The position numbers and the translations under genes are program-made. 64,000 bases of DNA from Callorhinchus milii (taxonomy: Eukaryota), in NCBI RefSeq assembly GCF_018977255.1, contig NW_024704742.1:59460001-59524000 (forward strand), read 5' to 3'. Shown here piece by piece: positions 36,351 to 48,645 of the stretch; position 1 is the stretch's first letter, and each line of letters begins with the position of its first letter. Under the pieces are notes generated by a model. That model saw only the letters and a program-made list of their open reading frames with translations, did not search any database and was not told the origin of the DNA.

Positions 36351-36516
36351 TTATTTCTTGGTCTTACACATACATTTTTTTCAGTATTGTCAAAAATTAC
36401 GCCAGATTAAGAATGAATTTGAGGCAGATTTGCAAAATTCTATATGATTTTACATTTAATGACAAGGATTTACCACCTAAGTCATCATTCTGTCAACATT
36501 CCGGCAGCATATTTTT

Positions 36517-36852
36517 ATAATAATAATCCTAGTATTTGATATATCGCCTTATTACATCTTCAAGACGTGTCAAAGGCACATCACAGAGTATACTGTAAAG
36601 TGAATTGACTGTATATTTTGTGGGAGAAACAAGGCAGCTAAATTGTGCACAGCAGTCTCCCACAAACAACCATGGATTGACCGATTAAATTATTAAGATT
36701 TTTTAATTTATTTTTTTGATGGGATTATTATTCAATCAACTAACAACTGGGTTCCTACTCACTGCTAGGTAAACAGGAGCGTGTGTGTGGAGTAAGGAAA
36801 CTTGCCTAATGTTTTGCCCTGCCTGGGAATCCAACCCAGGTCTTCTCACTTG
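36517..36852 (-). mobile_element. tRNA SINE, long/intermediate subfamily, 5'-truncated
   Basis: Contains gggttcctactcactgctaggtaaacagg...gtgtggagtaagg. Confidence 0.85.
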
Positions 36853-37815
36853 GAGGAAGCTTGGTGGGTGCACAAAGAAGGTATTGGATGGTGGAGAACC
36901 ATGCTCATGGGGTTGTTTTTGGCCTCCAGAATGGTTTTGGAGTAAAATGCAATTTTGGCCACCAATAGTTGTAACTTTCTATTTCCAAATGTGGGTATTG
37001 GTACCATTCCCTCACCTTCTGGCTGCTTCAATTGTCTCCCCAGGAGTAGGTCCTATCTTGATCCTCATTTGAATACATTACACTTAATCATCATAATATT
37101 CTCTGCTTTTTCAATAAAAATATTAAGTACCTATTTGGTTTTACTTGTTTCCATAGCTCTGAATAAGAGGTTTATTGTTAGTAACTACACTTGTCTCAGA
37201 GGTTTACCACATCTTGCCCCCTTTCTCTTTTCATAGCTGAAGCAATACCAACAGTATATTCTTGTAAAGTGACTTTGAATAATCCTCACATTGATATGTC
37301 AGATTCCACATCTCACATTCTAGTTGCTTTCAAAGTGTTGAGTTCATTGGTAAACTGTTGCTTAGTCTCATCTTCTTGATAAGGGGTTGATGAGAAGGGT
37401 GTATGTTCAGTAAACACAATGTGAGAAATATCAATTTCAACTAGAAATGGAACAAATAGTAATAATAAATAACTATCTTTATATTTAATATTGTGCCTTT
37501 CACGTCAGAAGGAAGTCTCAAAGCACTTTATGGCATCTTTATAAAGTAAGTCACTGTATTTTGTATGCAAATGCTAACAAACAAGCTTTATCAGAACTTA
37601 TCAACTAGAAATTGAGCAACATTACAATCTGGTCGAAGCCTGTTTACACTCAAAAAGTCTATTCACATCCCTTTCTAGAATAGGTCACAAAAAAGAAGCA
37701 ACTTCAACAGACATTTCCTCTCCTACCTTAGGTACACCAAGGCAACTACTTGGGCCAAATAACCTCGCTGGCTGAGATCAGGACATACCAATGATTAAAC
37801 CTGAAAAGTTTCAAG

Positions 37816-38240
37816 GGTTAGCCTGGCTCAGTTAGTGGCACTCTCCAGCTCTGAGTCAGAAGTGTGAATTCAAGACACATGTTGGGACTTTGAGCTCACA
37901 GTTTAGGCTGACACACTAGTTGTAGTGCTGGGGGAAGAGCTACATTGTTGGAGATGTCATTCTTTGGATGAGAAATTAAATTAAGTTCCTATCTGCTTGT
38001 TCAGATGAGTATTGACAACCCTATGGGACTATTTGAATTGAGATGGGAGTTTCTCTCAGGTCTGAATGAACAATACTCCAGATGATTTTTAAAAAAATGT
38101 TATTTACTTTATAACTGTTTGTGGGACATTATATGCAAATTGGCTGCTATGTTTGCCTCTAAATACACAGTTACTGTAATTTATGGCAAAATGAAGTGCT
38201 TTCAATGTGTATTTCAATGTGGTAAGGCACTATAATACAG
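37816..38240 (+). mobile_element. Old DeuSINE (SacSINE1-like), near full length
   Basis: gcctggctcagttagtggcactctc...ctctgagtcagaag; tttggatgagaaattaaa; ctgtttgtgggac...caaattggctgc. Confidence 0.8.
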
Positions 38241-38269
38241 ATTTATATACGAAAGCACTGAAAGACAGA

Positions 38270-38840
38270 ACCATAGAAAGGTACAATATAGTAGGAGGCC
38301 ATTTGGCACGTTATTTCATGTCAATATTGCTGTTCCAACAAGTCATTACATCGCTCATTCCCCATGTCCTTTAATATCTTTTCTTTGCACATGCTTGTCC
38401 AGTTCTATTTTTCTACAACCCCATTAGACTCTAACATGTTAACAGCCAGCCCTAGTAAATCATTCCAAACCGACAGCCATCTGGGAGAAAATTTTCTTCT
38501 GAACTTCTCCTTTTACTCCTATCACAATCTTGAAATCTTGCCCTCTTGTCCTCGAATCCCCTAATGGTGGAAAGAGATTTTTGAACAATCTCAATTCCTT
38601 TCAGTATCTTAAACAGTTCAATCCAATCACCCCTTCTCTGCTCCAAAGTGAAGAATGCTAACCTTTCTAGCCTTTACTAATAGCTGTATTCTTCCATCTC
38701 CAATCTCATCCTCATAACCCTATACTGCATCCTCTCTATAGTTACAATATCCTTTCTATAAATGTTGTACCCAATAGTGCACACAATAATCCAGCTGCAG
38801 CCAAACCAATGTCATACATAGATTCATCATTATCTTAGTT
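38270..38840 (-). mobile_element. Old CR1 3' fragment
   Basis: EQRRGDWIELFKILKG peptide; ggaggccatttggc 3' UTR. Confidence 0.8.
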
Positions 38841-41399
38841 ACTTTTCTGTCCATTATGTTTTGGATAGATTGTTTGCTGTGAAGGAATCAAAGAAATAAT
38901 CAACTGCCATCTTGGACAAAGGACTCTAAAGAAAGAGAGAATTGCAGACATCCATTCCTGCATGTTGCAGAAATTCTGTTCAGATGGGCTGCACGTTTCT
39001 TTTCTGAGGCAGTTTAGCTGAGATACAAGTTTTAAGAATCATCTCATTATCGCATTATGCAACTGTTCTTCATCGGGGACAATAGGTCACAAGCTGAAGG
39101 AAATCAGTGAACAAAGGCAAAAGTTTTTTAAAATGTAGAGGAAAGGTTAATTTTAAAAGATGAAATATGTATGTTCAAATTAATGAGGAGAGAGAGATAG
39201 CAGTAAGGAACTGTTGTGAACTAAGGTGCACACATTTGAATGGGATGTTTAGTCTCTATCTTGTTGGAATACAATATACAAATGAAAGACCAGCACTGAA
39301 GCAAGTTAATATCACTTGATTTAAGCAGGTTTATTTTTACGTTCGAATGTCACTTCCACAAAATGTTAACATGTACTCAGGCAATGAAACCTTGAAGGGA
39401 TTAAAGAGGATTAGTTTTCTCCAACACTGCATGTTTCTGATAAAGCATCACCTGTTCTGCCTTAGTAATCAACATTATTGAAAATAAACATGCCAACGTA
39501 TTGCAGATACAATAATAATATGATATGTAACTAATACTGTGGGCGTGATATTAGTTAAACAGGGCTTGAGAAAAAGAAGTGAGTCTTAAAATTTAATTCC
39601 TTTGTAAATGCTGGTAAACCTGCAGACACTGGATGTTGCATTATTGATAAAATAATAATATTCCAGCATGTTTTATTAAGGGATAAGGAGCTAACAGAAG
39701 AAGAAGCAAACTGAGCATTTAATCAGTCTAAGTTCCATATTCTAATATTAAAGTTGCAGTAACATTCATTACAGCCATTAATACACAGATTATGCATTTG
39801 TTTTAGATTTCAGTAACAATACAATTATACATTTATAAAAAGGGGCCTTTGACTCTCACATACAGTAATAACAATTTTTGCCTATCAAGTTTGTTTTCCA
39901 TCTGACAGTAATAAACCATAGGTTTGTTACAAATGTGATGTTTGTACAAATTACAGTCATGTAAGCAGTAAAGACTGTTCAGAAGTACTTGGTAGTAATA
40001 AACAATATGTAATAAAACATATTTTCCAGGACTTGGTGAGTTAGAGTTTGTCACTCTGGGAAAACACTCCATTCTATCAAATCGAAATTAACATTTACCT
40101 AAAACTCATTGATTATTTACATGCTTTTAACAATAATATAAAAGTATTGAAAGGAATAAGTCAAAGTGAAATCACATGAAGACAAATGGTTAATCAGCAC
40201 ATCTGATTAAAACTATTTGAACCCTGATTTAAAGAAGCACCATTTTACTGAAATAAGATTTTTGAGAAACCTTTATGAGAAAAAAGGGCCAGACAAAAGG
40301 TCGTTCTTAACATACCATAATACAGCAATGATAACTGATAATAATCTTTGGATTTCATATAGCACCTATAAGTTCAAAAACTCCCAGGGTAAGTGCTTTC
40401 AAGTGTGGTGACTATGTTTCTAAATCTCACTGAGAATTCTACATTATTTTAATGCAACTTACATCACGTTATCATACAAATACAAAGTCACTACTTACTA
40501 TTTTTCCCAGTAAATCCTATGAAGTCTTACAAGGTGGTAAGACTTTAATACCAAATATGAAGACTATTACATTGAAAATGAAAACACGTTTAACGGACAC
40601 TTTCTCATGAAGAGATTTGTCAGTCCACCCCCTCCCCCCTTTCATAATTCCAAAATTCTTTTAGATCTCATTATATTTCCAAAAATGTTCCGGTGATAAA
40701 AGAAAGAGTTAAAACGTTTTATTTGGGGAAAGATCACAGCTTAACATGAGTCAACATCTCCTGAGAGAATGAGTAAAAAGCAGGCTGCAGAGTTCTGCGT
40801 ATGGACTGTTAAGCCCCATTATCTGTTGGGAAACGAAATGAGAGAGCATAATTGTGCATGCTGAGCTATCAGTCACAGTTGGCCTGAAACACAAAGCACT
40901 AGCTTTTACACAAAGAATTTCAAAGGGCTAAATTTGCTTATGTAATGTGCAAAATGGATGAGGATGAATCAAGGGAGCAATGTTAGGTCACTTTGCCTTT
41001 TCTTTACAATCTCATTACAACCTAGTGTTTTTTTTCATTAGAGGGCTCTTTTCAACTCTTTAGTTTTTCTGGCTTTATAAATAGGCACATGTCAGGCAAC
41101 AAGTGCTTTGGAAGACTAGCCTCTATAAAGCAATTTAATGCATTTCAGAGTTCAGATCAAAAGGGTGAAAATTGTGACCGGGGAATTGGTGATAATTACT
41201 ATAGTGCTAATTAATGTGGTCATTTAATGTAGTCAATAACTAAAGATAATTGTTCATTAAAAACAAGATGTTGGTGTGACCTCCCCCCAACTTCATGACA
41301 ATGTGAACCCCAAAACCAGTTCGCACGAAAAGTGTTCAGAGTTCCACATATGTATAGTTGCTGTTTGTCTGCTTTGGTGCGCAAACTCTCTTCAGAAGG

Positions 41400-41595
41400 A
41401 TGCACCCTGCTTACTCAACCCCAGAGAGTTTTGACTAGGGGACCCCAGAGTTTGTCTTGATGGTTTGGGGGTACTGCTGGAGTTCAGCCCGATAAAACTG
41501 TACAGTTTGCTATTGCAAACTCTGGCAAGCTTATTGTAGCTTATATGGTTTGGTTAACCATATCCACTAGGGCTTTGGTTTATGGGATAACAGGA
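41400..41595 (+). repeat. Unclassified dispersed repeat, copy 2 (most diverged)
   Basis: taaaactg...ttgctattgcaaactctggcaagctt...actagggctttggtttat...taacagga. Confidence 0.6.
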
Positions 41596-42049
41596 TATCA
41601 TCTTAAATTCACCAAAACATCAGGGTTAAGATAGTAACCCAATAATCAGCTCTGCCACAATCTGGTACAAAATCACTTGGCAAAACTACATCAACAAGTC
41701 AAATCTGAAAGAATAGCTGGGAACTGGTGTAATTTATTTTTAAATTACATTTACAAAATCTTGTGAAGAAAAGAGACCATCCAAATACTTGTAATTGTGT
41801 GCAGCGTGATCAGTGAATGGAAACCCTTAATAATGGTTTAAATCACATGATAATTTTCCAAGATACCAAAGCTGTTCTTGTCTGAGACAACAAGCCAATA
41901 TATCCAATCCCAGTAATCAATATGGATTTGTCATTTTCTGGGATTTTAGTTTGTCCAATGCTGCAGTAAGAGGAAACACAAAATGTCCAAACTGCAGCAT
42001 AGGATATTATTATTACAGTATTGGAAATTAATTTTAGAAAGTAAATATC

Positions 42050-42556
42050 ATTATAATAAGCCTGCATTTGATATAATGCATTATGTCAAAATGTCTCATT
42101 GTGATTTACATAGCCTTTCTGTAAAGTGCAGTGATTGTGTATTGTAGGGGCATGAGACACTCCACGAGAAATTCAGTGCCTTGGGATGTTCTCCCAACGT
42201 GAAAGGTACTACATAAATGCAGCTTATTGTTGTCCAGGACACCAGGAGAAATTCCTATACATTTTTAAATTGTGCCATGGGATTTTTAAAATTTAACTGA
42301 ACAGGCAGGTCTGACCTGAGTTTAATGTCTCATCCAAAGACAGGCATCTCTGACAATGCATTAGCTCCCCAGCACTGCTTTGAGTGTCAGCCTAGTTGAC
42401 AAGATCAACAACAAAAACAAATAAAATTTGTATAGTGTCTTTCACGTCAGGATGACGTCCCAACAATCAATGATCAAAGTCCCAACATGGGGCTTGAGCC
42501 CACAGTCTTCTGACTCAGAAGTGGGAGCATAAGCAACTGAGCCAGGATGACTCCTA
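42050..42556 (-). mobile_element. Old DeuSINE with two short L2 tails inserted (~42175-42232 on +, ~42408-42465 on -)
   Basis: Deu core caggacaccagg...gtgccatgggat...tttaatgtctcatccaaagac; head ttctgactcagaag...actgagcca. Confidence 0.75.
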
Positions 42557-42887
42557 CAATCACTGCCAATTTTCTTAACCCAATGGTTCAATATAAATTA
42601 CATTTAAATTGCCTTAACTATTATAATAATAATAATTCTTACATCTAATATAGTGCCTTATCACATTGTGGAGACATCTGAAAAACCCTTCACAGGATTT
42701 TTACCTCATAGGGGAAAAAATCTTTGCAGACATTTTCTTTGAAGGTTTTCTCAGTAGGATTGTAAATTTATTTCTAAATTAAGGTATTTGTGGTACTGTA
42801 AATCCACACTCACAAGGAACAAAGCAGAAACTGTCCACAACACTGTTTCAGGTAATACTAGGGTATATTAAAAAAAGTCATTACATA

Positions 42888-43237
42888 AATAATAATCCTT
42901 GCATTTGATATAGAGCCTTATCACGTTTTCGAGATGCTTCAAAGCGCTTCACAGAATACACTGTAAAGTGAATTGACTGTATATTTTGTGGGTGAAATGG
43001 AGCAGTGTCCCACAAACAGTCATGGTTTGATTAACCAATTTATTACTTTTTTAAAGGGATTATTACCCCCGCAAAAGCGATCTGCCAATCGATTAACAAC
43101 CGGGTTCCTACTTAGTGCTAGGTAAACAGAGGTGTGTGGAGTAAGGAAAGTTGCCCAATATTTCGCCCTACCCGGAATCAAACCTAGGTCATCTCGCTTG
43201 CAAGACAAGTGCACTAACTACGGTTTTACAGGACTCC
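42888..43237 (-). mobile_element. tRNA SINE, long subfamily
   Basis: Head to (att)n tail, with the internal segment ccgggttcctacttagtgctaggtaaacagagg. Confidence 0.88.
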
Positions 43238-43635
43238 TCATCCAGGTTGGATTTAAGCCTGCATCTGGATATCGGTGACAAAAAAAAACGTACAAACTCA
43301 ATTGTGTACTCAGTCCCATCTACTGTTCCCTTTAACCAGTGAAGGCTCCAACTGCATTTTAGTATTGGCAGTTAAATACAATAACCATCTATCCATCTTC
43401 ATTACACTGAGTAAATGAGTACAATTGAGGCTTGAATATGATTTCAACATTCTGGCATTAAGAGTCACAATAAACTGTACTATTGCAGATGCTGAGAGCA
43501 ATAATAGTATTTTTTATTGTATCTCATTTTACACAGAAAAACAATCCTGAGCACAGACTTATATCATTTTACTCATATCCTTGAAATCCATTTGCTGTAA
43601 TCTTAATTTTTATCCAAAATAGTAATTTTCACTCA

Positions 43636-44022
43636 CAACAAATTTACACTTATATAGTGCCTTTCATGTCGGGAGGAAGTCCCAAGGTGCTTAATAATCC
43701 TAGTTTAGCCCCGAGCTAGGGGTGGGAGCCAAGGGGGTTGGAAGGGGAAACATAACTAAAAGCACAGTCAAAGATATAGGTCTTCAGACAGATATTGAAC
43801 GTGGTGAGGGAGGGAATCAAGGGGCTCGGGGACTCAGGGTTGGAGTTTCAGAGAGTGGAGACAGAAAAACTGAAAGCCCGCCCTCTGATGATGGAGCGGG
43901 TAAAACGAGGACATGAAGTAGCCTGGTACCTACTGAGCAAAGAGAATTGCAGGGTTCATAGGTTTTGAGAAGTTCTCAGAGATAGGATGCCGTGAGACCA
44001 TGGAGGGATTTAAAGGTGAAAA
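43636..44022 (-). mobile_element. L2 3' end
   Basis: tagtgcctttcatgtcgggaggaagtcccaaggtgct tail plus ORF2 C-terminal remnant. Confidence 0.8.
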
Positions 44023-44809
44023 TATCTACATTTAATGAACGGGATTGGTATAAGTTTATGCTCAACTTGGCCAACTGAAAGAACATGATTTCTCAGATCA
44101 TTAATGATTTTATAAATGCATTAATACAGCAATGGCAGTTTCCAACACCTGTTTGGATTAACTGTGTCAAATTCCACAGGCTACCTTACAAATGTGTTTA
44201 GTTATATACATTGAGAGTCCAGCAAAGGAGAAACTGAATTCATGGGAGTTATTTGATCAGTCAAAATTCATGTCAACCTAATATTGATACAATCCGTTCA
44301 AAACACAATACCTTGTTTCAAACTACTTAAATATTCTGATCTTTAATAAATGTGCCATTTTCTGATTTGATCTGGAGACAAGAGATGTAAAGCAGTTAAT
44401 CTACACCTACGAGAGAGAATAAAAGGCTTATTTCATATTATAAAGATGTTTTTCCACACATTGCATGCTGAATCTTATATCCATAAGAGATTCTGAAGAT
44501 CTTTTGCTGTGTTCCTGATATGATCTCAATGCATTGTTTATAAGTCAAAATGCCCAACAAGCATAGTCTTCTAAAATCAACAAACCTCAAGCTAGGAAAT
44601 GAAAGGTTTTAGGTTTGTATACGATGTATAAGTTTTTCTAAAAACAACAACATCTTGCACTTATGTTGCACCCTCCATGCTGTACACTATCCAGCGCCTT
44701 GGGATGTCCTCCCGATGTGAAAGGCGCTAAAGAAATATAATCTTGTTGTTGTACATCACTCTTAGTCTAGTACTTGTAAAATGTTGCACAGTGATAGCTT
44801 TGGAATACA

Positions 44810-45058
44810 CCAAGACAGTGGAACAAGATTACATAGGATTAGAGTTGCAAAGAGCAATTTCAGGACAGATGTCAGGAAGTTTCTCTTTATCTGGAGGGTA
44901 ATTAGAACTGGAAAGGTTGTCAGTAAGGATGGCTGCATCCACGGACTCTTTTTCAAAACTGCTATAATGGGAGGATGGCAGGGTGAGTATTCTGGAAGAA
45001 TGGGATCAGATAGATCAAAGAGGCCTTCTTCATCTGAACTAACCTTGTGATCTTGTGA
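44810..45058 (+). mobile_element. Old CR1 3' end, preceded by two short L2 tails at ~44640-44752
   Basis: GTRLHRIRVAKSNFRTDVRKFLF peptide; (cttgtgat)n tail. Confidence 0.75.
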
Positions 45059-46320
45059 CTTAGTAACTTGCGTAACTGATGATTTGTTTCAAATCAAAAG
45101 TTAATTTGAGGATTTAAAGAGCATGTGAAGGGCGCTAATCAGTGAAAGTTGTTATTATATGTTCCACAGAACTGCCTTCAAATATCATCTTAAACTTGGA
45201 GCTTAGGTGCCAATGTGGGGTTTGAACCTATAAGCATCTCAATGAGCCAGACTGATATATACAGTTAGAAGTATTTGCTGCTTAGATGGCTCTCCAGTGA
45301 CTATGGCACTGCCGTTAAAGTTTACCATTTTGCTCCAACTTGCTGAGGCTCATTCATGTGTCAATAGGAATAAGACTCCTGTTTGTTGGTGATGGAAGGA
45401 ATTTATGACTGCTTTGAATCTGTATATATGTAGTATAAGGGAAGAACATATTTAAAAGGCATATTTATGATATTGTACCCAGTGCATCTGTGAGAAACAA
45501 TGGATTTTTATTATCACTATTCAAGATTCATACAGCTCTCTGATTTAAAAAAAATGTACATATGATGTTCTCAAACCTTAGGGATGATTTGTATGAACAT
45601 CGTGTGCATTTTCACTCCAAGGTGTTACTTTCAGTTATTTATTCCTTCAAATCATGCAAATAAGATTTTGACTACTCAAAAATTGTCAAAATCCAAATTA
45701 ATCAATGGAATGCACCACAAATATATAACATTTCCAATTCACCATATCCCAAATGTTATAGTGAAATTATCCCTGCAATGCTTTTGTGAAATGATTTACA
45801 TTGACTCTGTAATGTTAAGCAAGTCCTTTGTTTATCCTACTAGTTCCCAGGCATACCATCTGCTGAAATGTGACTGCAAAAGAAATTGGCAACATGAAGT
45901 GTTAATACTTTTGTCCCAGTGATCATTGTATGGCTCAGATATATTGCTAATAATATGCCATGTGATTTTCCCAAATGGTTGGTATATTTTGGGAGTAGCT
46001 GTGTAGTAATAAAGTGCAGTTCATGTCCAATTACTTGTCAGCTATTTTCTGCCTTTCTTGTATAATATTTTGCCACAAACAACCAATTTAGCCAATGTAT
46101 GATAACATATATTCAAAACAAATGGCTCAGTCAGTTTAAGTAAATAGAAATGAACAACTGAATGTGTATGTTCCCACACTGTATTATCATCAGAACAATA
46201 TGTAAAATTATGTATTTGTTTCAGAAAACTAAAAATCTTAAGATTTTACACAGCAGCAGTTGGTTACACTGTCAGAAGTGAAGTTTTGATCTTTCCCAAC
46301 GATTGAGAACAGATAGGATT

Positions 46321-46385
46321 TTAAGGACAATAGGTGAGATCCGATCGATCTCTGGTCCTGTTGGTAACCCACCTATAGTCCTTAA
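46321..46385. mobile_element. Candidate tiny TIR element with TTAA at both ends (Kolobok-like termini)
   Basis: TTAA-ggacaataggtg ... cacctatagtcc-TTAA; 15 of 16 positions complementary. Confidence 0.45.
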
Positions 46386-46751
46386 CGTTTAATAATAATC
46401 CTTAATAATAATCCCCAAGAAGATCATCACCTTCAACCATCATCAACAAAAACTTGCTTTAATATAGCATCCTTCACTTAGGATAACATCATGGAGCATT
46501 TCACAATGGCGTGGTTTGGCTCACACTATAGGATGTCATCATATATTGCACTTCCATATTTATATAACGATATAATTTGCCACGTATTTCACTATCAGAG
46601 TAAATAATAATCAAAGTGGAAACAAATAATAACAAATTTACTCCTACAATTTACATGCATAAAAAGCTATTGAAAAGATGCATGAATAAGTTCTTTCTAA
46701 CCTCCAGCAGGCATTTCTATGATCCCTTGCCAAAACAGTCGAGTGAAACTT

Positions 46752-46811
46752 TGTGAATCCTACTTTACGATTGGGGGCTTCTGTGAATCCTACTTTAGGA
46801 TTGGGGGCTTC
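46752..46811. repeat. 30-bp tandem duplication
   Basis: tgtgaatcctacttta(c/g)gattgggggcttc twice, one mismatch. Confidence 0.9.
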
Positions 46812-47064
46812 TGTCCCCCAAATACCTCATTGGTACATTTTATCCTCCGGCCTTTATGTTTAAAATTTTGGCTAGAAACCTCCCTCAATTGCTCTATCTA
46901 ATTCCATCACCATGGTAGACATTTAGTTTTATTGCTAATATGGTTATCAGGTACCCCACGTTGTGCTGTAAAATCAGGCCTCTGGTCCCAATGGTATCCC
47001 ACCTATTGTTTTTAATAATAATAATGTTTAATAATCCTTACATTTGATATAGCACCATTCGAAC

Positions 47065-48292
47065 ATGCTATCCTCCTCCACCGCTTATTCTCCCACCTCA
47101 ACCTTCAAGGCCCTGTCCTTGAATAATTTAGGTCGTACCTCTCCCACAGTCTTCACTTTGTTTCCACGAATGGCTTTTCCTCCACCCCCCGCACTGTCTC
47201 GTGCGGTGTCCCTCAAGGATCTGTCCTCGGTCCCCTCATCTTCACCCACTATATGCTCCCCCTTGGTGACATCATCCGCAGACATGGGGTTAACTTCCAC
47301 ATGTATGCGGATGACACCCAACTCTACCTTTCTTCCTCTACCCTCAACTCCACGACCACCGATGTCCTGACAGCTGCCTGTCCGACATCGAGTCCTGGAC
47401 GAGAGACAACTTTCTTCAGCTCAACGTGCGCAAAACTGAGGCCCTCCTGATTGGCTCACGGCAGCGCCTCCGCACCTCAGGCGCTGACAGCATCAGCATC
47501 CAAGGCTGCACTCTCCACCTCTCAAAGCTGTCAGGAACCTCGGGGTTCTGTTCGACCCTGAGCTGTCCTTTCTCCCTCATATCCACGCCATAACTGGCAC
47601 CGCCTTCCATCACCTCCGGAATGTCGCCAGACTACGGCACTACCTCACCCCTCACGCGGCTGAAACTCTGGTCCACGCCTTTATCACCTCAAGGCTGGAC
47701 TATGGGAACTCTCTCCTCGCCGGCCTTCCCGGCACCTCCCTCCACAAGCTGCAGGTCATTCAGAACTCTGCAGCTCGTGTACTGTCCCGCACCAGGACCA
47801 CATCACTCCCACCCTCGCTCGCCTCCACTGGCTCCCCATCCCCCAGAGGATTGATTTCAAGATCCTCATCCTCACCTACAAGGCCATTCACGGTGTTTCT
47901 CCCTCCTACCTCTCCGACCTACTATCCCCCTACCTACCTGCCCTTACCTTCCATTCCTCTGGCTCCGGTCTGCTCCATATCCCCCGCCCCAACCGCCCTG
48001 CCATCGGTGGCCAGGCCTTCAGCCTCTCAGCCCCCAGGCTCTGGAACTCCATCCCCCAGTGCCTTCGCCGCCTCCTCCCTTTCCTCCTTCAAGGCCGGTC
48101 TCAAGACCTTTCTCTTTGACTGTGCCTTCAGCTCCCCTCTCGACTCTCTACCCCCTCCGCGCTCCCTCCCTTCCCTCCCCTCACCCTGACCATTTCCCCC
48201 CTGCTCGGGTCCTGACCCAACTGTGCAGCACCTTGGGACGTCCTCCCGACCTGAAAGGCGCTGTATAAATGGAATCTTGTTGTTGTTGTTGT
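47065..48292 (+). mobile_element. Relatively young 5'-truncated L2 LINE
   Basis: ggtgtccctcaaggatctgtcctcggtccc ([10 protein letters not shown]) and [15 protein letters not shown]; CpG-rich; stem-loop and (gtt)n tail. Confidence 0.93.
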
Positions 48293-48338
48293 TTCATGTC
48301 GGGAGGATGTCTCAAACCATTTTACATGATATATTTTA

Positions 48339-48645
48339 AACAACAACAACAAATTACATTTGTATAGTGCCTTTCACATCAGGAGGATGTTCCAAGGGGC
48401 TGGAAATCTAGGGATCCACCCCTGAGCTGGTGGTTGGGCTCAGGAAGGGTAGAGGGCGAGGGGAGTGGGGTTAGGAGGGTTACTGAAGGTACGGTCGAAG
48501 AGGATAGTCTTGATATGGGTCTTGAAGGAGACAAAGGAGGGGACAAGGCAGAGGGACTGTGGATGGAGTTTGAAAGGGTGTGGGCACAGAGGCTGAAGCC
48601 TGACTGCCAATGGTGGGTCAGGCAAGGCAGGGGATGTGAAGCAGT
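48339..48645 (-). mobile_element. L2 3' end, tail-to-tail with the preceding L2
   Basis: (aac)n-attacatttgtatagtgcctttcac; FKTHIKTILFDRTF peptide. Confidence 0.85.

Noticed and set aside
46752..46811. 30-bp direct repeats as a CRISPR-like array
   Set aside because: Only two adjacent units, no spacers and a eukaryotic context; this is a simple tandem duplication.
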